DNA of 64,000 nucleotides. Origin: Narcine bancroftii (lineage: Eukaryota). The translations under genes were made by a program, and so were the position numbers. The notes under the pieces are model-generated. The model worked only from the letters and a program-made list of their open reading frames with translations. It made no database searches and was not told the DNA's origin. The stretch spans positions 189,906,001-189,970,000 of the forward strand of contig NC_091475.1 in assembly GCF_036971445.1 (NCBI RefSeq), read 5' to 3'. Positions 59,590 through 64,000 of the stretch are shown here, piece after piece; position 1 is the stretch's first letter, and the number at the start of each line of letters is the position of its first letter.

Positions 59590-59770
59590 AACCTGGGTTC
59601 AAATCTGCTGTTGTCTGTAGGGTGTTTATACGTTCTCTCCGTGTCTGCGTGGGTTTCCTCTGGGAGCTCCGGTTTCCTCCCACATTAAGACATATTGGGT
59701 TAGTAGATTAACTGGTCACATGGGTGTATTTGGCCAGAAAGGCCTGATACTGTACAGTATCTCTAAATTT
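59590..59770 (+). mobile_element. V-SINE (HE1-like), 5'-truncated
   Basis: GGGTTCAAATC B box, CCGGTTTCCTCCCACA core, tail. Confidence 0.85.
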
Positions 59771-60401
59771 AAAAAAAAATTCTTGAACCAAACTTCCTTT
59801 TTATTCTGCTTCCATTCCGCAATGCCTTCAAGCATCATGACTAGATTACTTAAACTACAGAGTTGAGATAGCATTCCTACTGCCATTCATTTGTTGCCAC
59901 ATCCAGAAGTAGAATGATATTGAAAGATGGGGGTGGTACCTGGGGTGGGAAGTGGGGGTGTGTGTTAAAGTACTACAAACAGATGTGTAGAAATTTCTTT
60001 CAAATTTCCCAGGGAATATCATACTGCTCCTACTACAAATGTACCTCTAATGCATTACATTATTAGAGTGAATGAACAGAACATCCTGATCAGATTAAAG
60101 GAGCCATTGGTCCAGAATTTCTCAGGAAGGAAGCATATTATTCCATTTCATATCATTTCCATTCTAATTCTCCTGCATGTTTTCCACTGTGAATAACTTG
60201 CAATGCAAGTGGGCAAAGCCACAGGGTATCTGAGACATGAGTGACTGACAGGGCCAGCAGTTCTTGACCAGTGACATTTTAAAATGAGGAAAGCAGCATA
60301 CAAAGAGTAGAAAATGGTCATGAAGAAGAGACGTCGGGGACAGAAAAAGATAGAATAAATCAGAAAAGAAGAAAGTTAAAGTTTTCTCGTGAGGTATTCA
60401 T

Positions 60402-60700
60402 GACCATATAACCATTTACGGAGCGGAAACAGGCCATGTCGGCCTTTTGAGTCCGCACCGGTTCACTAGAACTCCACTAGCTCAAATCTCCTGCTCACTG
60501 CCAATAACCCTTCAATCCCCTCACCTTAATGTACACATCCAACCTTCTCTTAAATTACAGAAGGGACCCTGACACAACTATCTCATTCGGAACTTCATTC
60601 CATTCTGCCACCACTCGCTGAGTGAAAAAGTCACCTCTAATATTTCTCCTAAAGTGTTGCCCCCTTACCCTTAACTCGTGGTCTCTTGTTCCAACCTCCA
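60402..60700 (-). mobile_element. CR1/HER1 LINE 3' end
   Basis: TRDHELRVRG..FFTQRVVAEWN (ORF 60555-60770) and tail. Confidence 0.85.
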
Positions 60701-62804
60701 TATGAGAATAAGACAATGGTTTAAGTAATTCATTTCCTGAACAAAATGGTTGGCTGGCTTGTATTAACAAAACTAAGATTTAAATTTGTCACTTCACCCA
60801 TGAGTTCTAAAATCTTGCCACAAAGTTCCAAAGTGGCTGTTTTGCGTGAAGCAAATAATGGAGTGGTGAAAATGGATTGGCAAAGTCTGACTTTTTGCTT
60901 GGCACTGCCGACTCATCTTCACCCGAATCTGCCAACAAAGGCACACAGGTCTTTTGAACCACTCCGGATGTGAACAGCCTGAAGGGCGTAGCTGGGAAAA
61001 GGATCAAAAACATGGAAATACTGCAAATTGGTTATGGAATTAAAATGTGACATTTAAAGTTGTTTAAGTCAATATTCATGCAACTGATGTGCATTTCCAA
61101 CTCTGTATACTTTTGGTTCAAACTTATATGAGGTGTCCTGGGTCAGAGCCCTCTTTTCCCATTGGTTGGAAAAGGTCTTTTCCTTCTATTCCACGGCAAG
61201 AATGTACCAGGCAAACTGCATATGAAGTCAGGTCTATCTCCATTTCCTCCGCTCCTCCTCATTATTCTCCAGAACCAGCAGAAATTGAGATATCCCGAGG
61301 TTCTGCTTAAGCAGACCTCACTGATGGGCATTAATATTCACCATCTCTGCTCCAGATGAGCAAACCCCTCTTTAATCCCAACTATTGTTATCAGAATCAG
61401 AATTGTTGTCAGCAATGACCTATTATGAATTATTAATATAAATTCCTTGCCACACAGGAGTTTTCTTAGTAGGATTTGGTCTCAGGAAATGACTATAAAG
61501 AACAACTACCTTTTCTTGATCTCTGTGACAGAATTTAATGAGCTGGAAAGTCTATCCAGCTTGCTCGCCCTCACCTCCACCATCCAATCTATTGATACAC
61601 TAGGAATAATGGAGAAATTGATCTCTACCAGTGGCAAAGATATGGGTGGAAGGAAGTTACTCCAGGGAAGTGAGACGCTGAACTACATGAAAGCAAGTTC
61701 CATTGAGGTGGAATGTGAGGTACCTTACTGCCCTAATAAGTGCCATTAACTGAATGTTTACAGCCTATTTCTGTTAGAGTTCAATTTATAAGAGTGATTG
61801 CAGTCAAGATCACCCATGTTATAGCATTGAGGCAGTGTTATTCTTAAACTGAGGTCTGTTACACTGATTTGTTTTCAGACTGTGGGATATTCTCAAGAAA
61901 ATGACGAGCAAAGGCTTTTCCTTGTTATCTGTGCAAGTGGGGTATCCAGTTGGAAAAATGAAGTTCATAGTTCTGCAAGAATGACAGTGTGACTAATAAA
62001 CTTACTAAAGTATCCTTCCATTCCCAGAAATTGTCTGACACATGACACCTTTTGGACTTTGGCAATGGAGTCACAGTTATTATGTTTCAAGAGATTTGTA
62101 AAAAAAATGACTTGAGGATAAACAAAAGGGCTGATAATCCAATCTCAACTTCATGATATTAGGAGGAGTTTTCATTGGATGATGACTTGCCTATAGGGCA
62201 AGGCCTGGTAATGCATGGCCAGTAAATTTAAAGAAATTCTGTATGCTTTTAATGCTTAGCACATGATGCACAGTGAGTGTATTAAAGAGGGGGCCAGAAA
62301 GGGATATGCTCACTTCAAAAAGTAGCATCAGCAGGAAAATCTTGTACTTTTAAAAAGGTTATACTTCTGTCGACATTTCGTACTTTTTAATCATCATTAA
62401 GAGTTGTCAATATTTGTCAGACTGCATTGAAGACAGAGGCAAAACAGCCTGATTTCAAAACATGATTACCTCTGGGTGAGTAATGGAGTCCTGCAAAATC
62501 TCTGCAGACATTGTGTTGGAATGAGTGGGAGACCCAATCTGAAGATGTAGCGTATCCAATGGAGAGAGAATACTGGTTAAGGAAAGGGTGCAACAACTTC
62601 TGCAACAGGGAATAGAGGTGGATTAAAGAAGTTGTCAAGAAAAAGATCATCCAATTTTCCTCTAAATACCAAGCCTTAATACAACGTTAATGTTTCTCCC
62701 CTGAATTGCATAAATACTCCTAATTCATCAGGCATCATAGTCAGGTTTCAAAAAGGAAATCTCCATATTCACATCTATGCAATAAATTCTCATTATTCAA
62801 ATAC

Positions 62805-62935
62805 ACAAAAGTAAAAATTTGCAGTTTCTGGAAATCTGAAATGAATGCAGGCTTCTTGACAAACTCAGCAGGTCCAGTAATGTCTGCAGAGAGAGTAAAA
62901 CAGGGTTAAATTTTCAGGTTAATGACGCTTCAAGA
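62805..62935 (-). mobile_element. Penelope tail relic
   Basis: tgcagtttctggaaatctgaaa..aaactcagcaggtccag. Confidence 0.55.
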
Positions 62936-63639
62936 GGCTTGCAAAATAAATATAATCACATATGGACATTAAGGATGGTCAGCAGACAGGGAGAGTACAG
63001 CCAACATTGGTGCTTACGGTAGGACAGTGGCATCAGGCAGCTGCGCTCAGTTATTCAGTGGGAAAGGAACTGAAAGGTAAGGCATGCTGTCGATTGCTTC
63101 AGCCATGTGTTGCAGCTGCTCAGTGGATATCACAGCCCTGGCCAACAATGTATTAACGGAAGGTAGGTCTATCCCTCTGTTCCATCTTACCTGCAGGTGT
63201 ACTTGCTCCAGATGGCACCTGGTGCCCTGCTGAAGTCCCAGCGAGATCATGCATATTTCTTTGCCAAGGCCTGCATATGAAAAACTGTGTCTGAAGACCA
63301 CCACTCTCTTAAGGACTGCAGCCGACCAAACCTTTCCTGAAGTAAGTCTTAAAAATTCATATGCCAGTAAGTGAAGAAATAATAAGACTAACAGTGCAAC
63401 TTTTGGAAACAATCAAAACACATTTTTGCCAGTTCAGGAACTCCTCAACCTTCCTTGCTCCTTTCCCAGTAGGACAATGTTGTGACACAATGTGCTGTTT
63501 AAAATATTATCAAGTGAAAACTTGTCCATCAACAAAGCTTGCTAGCACCTGTCCTTTCAACACCATCGGGATAGAGGGAAAGAGACACCTCACACTGTAC
63601 AAAGGTTTGTAGAGATCCGGAACTATTATCATTTACATT

Positions 63640-64000
63640 AGGCCCTGACAAACTGGCATGTAAAATGGGGTCAACTGGACAATTTTCACGGTTAGCGACC
63701 CAGGTACATGGCAATTTGAAGGGGTCCAACTGGGTCAACCAGGCCAGAACCCAACTAGATCTCTGACCTACCTCACAGGTGGTCAGGGAACCCTTACCCA
63801 GGCATCCTGGTCCAGCGTTTAGAAAAGGAAAATGGCCGACCCAGTTACTCAGGTGATGTCAGCGATTGTGTGAGTGCGTCACAGGGAAACTGCTGGCTGA
63901 AATGCCACTGCTGTGATCAGAGGGGAGAGAAGTCACTGCCGCAATTGAGGGGAGAGAGGTCACTGCCACGATCGGTGGGAGATTGATCACTGCCACATTC
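63640..64000. mobile_element. Possible non-autonomous DNA transposon left arm with ~27-bp degenerate tandem repeats; runs off window
   Basis: TTA|GGCCCTGACAAACTGG start; repeated (g)tcactgcc..ggggagaga units at 63905-64000; other end not visible. Confidence 0.3.

Overview
This is vertebrate nuclear DNA, not a microbial genome. The repeat families (HE1/V-SINEs, HER1/CR1 LINEs, DeuSINE relics, Rex1/Babar, RTE, Penelope) point to a cartilaginous fish, probably a ray or shark (inference). The window is repeat-dense intergenic or intronic sequence with no host gene I can identify; nearly all informative ORFs are decayed transposon fragments. Main contents: the 5' half of an L1 inserted into a Gypsy protease gene; two decayed Gypsy elements with no tRNA primer site but an LTR/leader inverted repeat; four solo LTRs; a class III (ERV-S/ERV-L-like) endogenous retrovirus with a tRNA-Ser PBS, gag-pro and a gamma-type env, whose halves are inverted and flanked by a 61-bp duplication; a composite non-autonomous hAT element with GC-rich cargo inside a SINE-head minisatellite, plus an inverted sister copy; Penelope elements with inverted arms and hammerhead-like motifs; Chapaev3 remnants; young RTE LINEs nested in CR1 3' ends; and a 246-bp local templated duplication. 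Family names come from recalled motifs, not database searches, and boundaries of old repeats are approximate.
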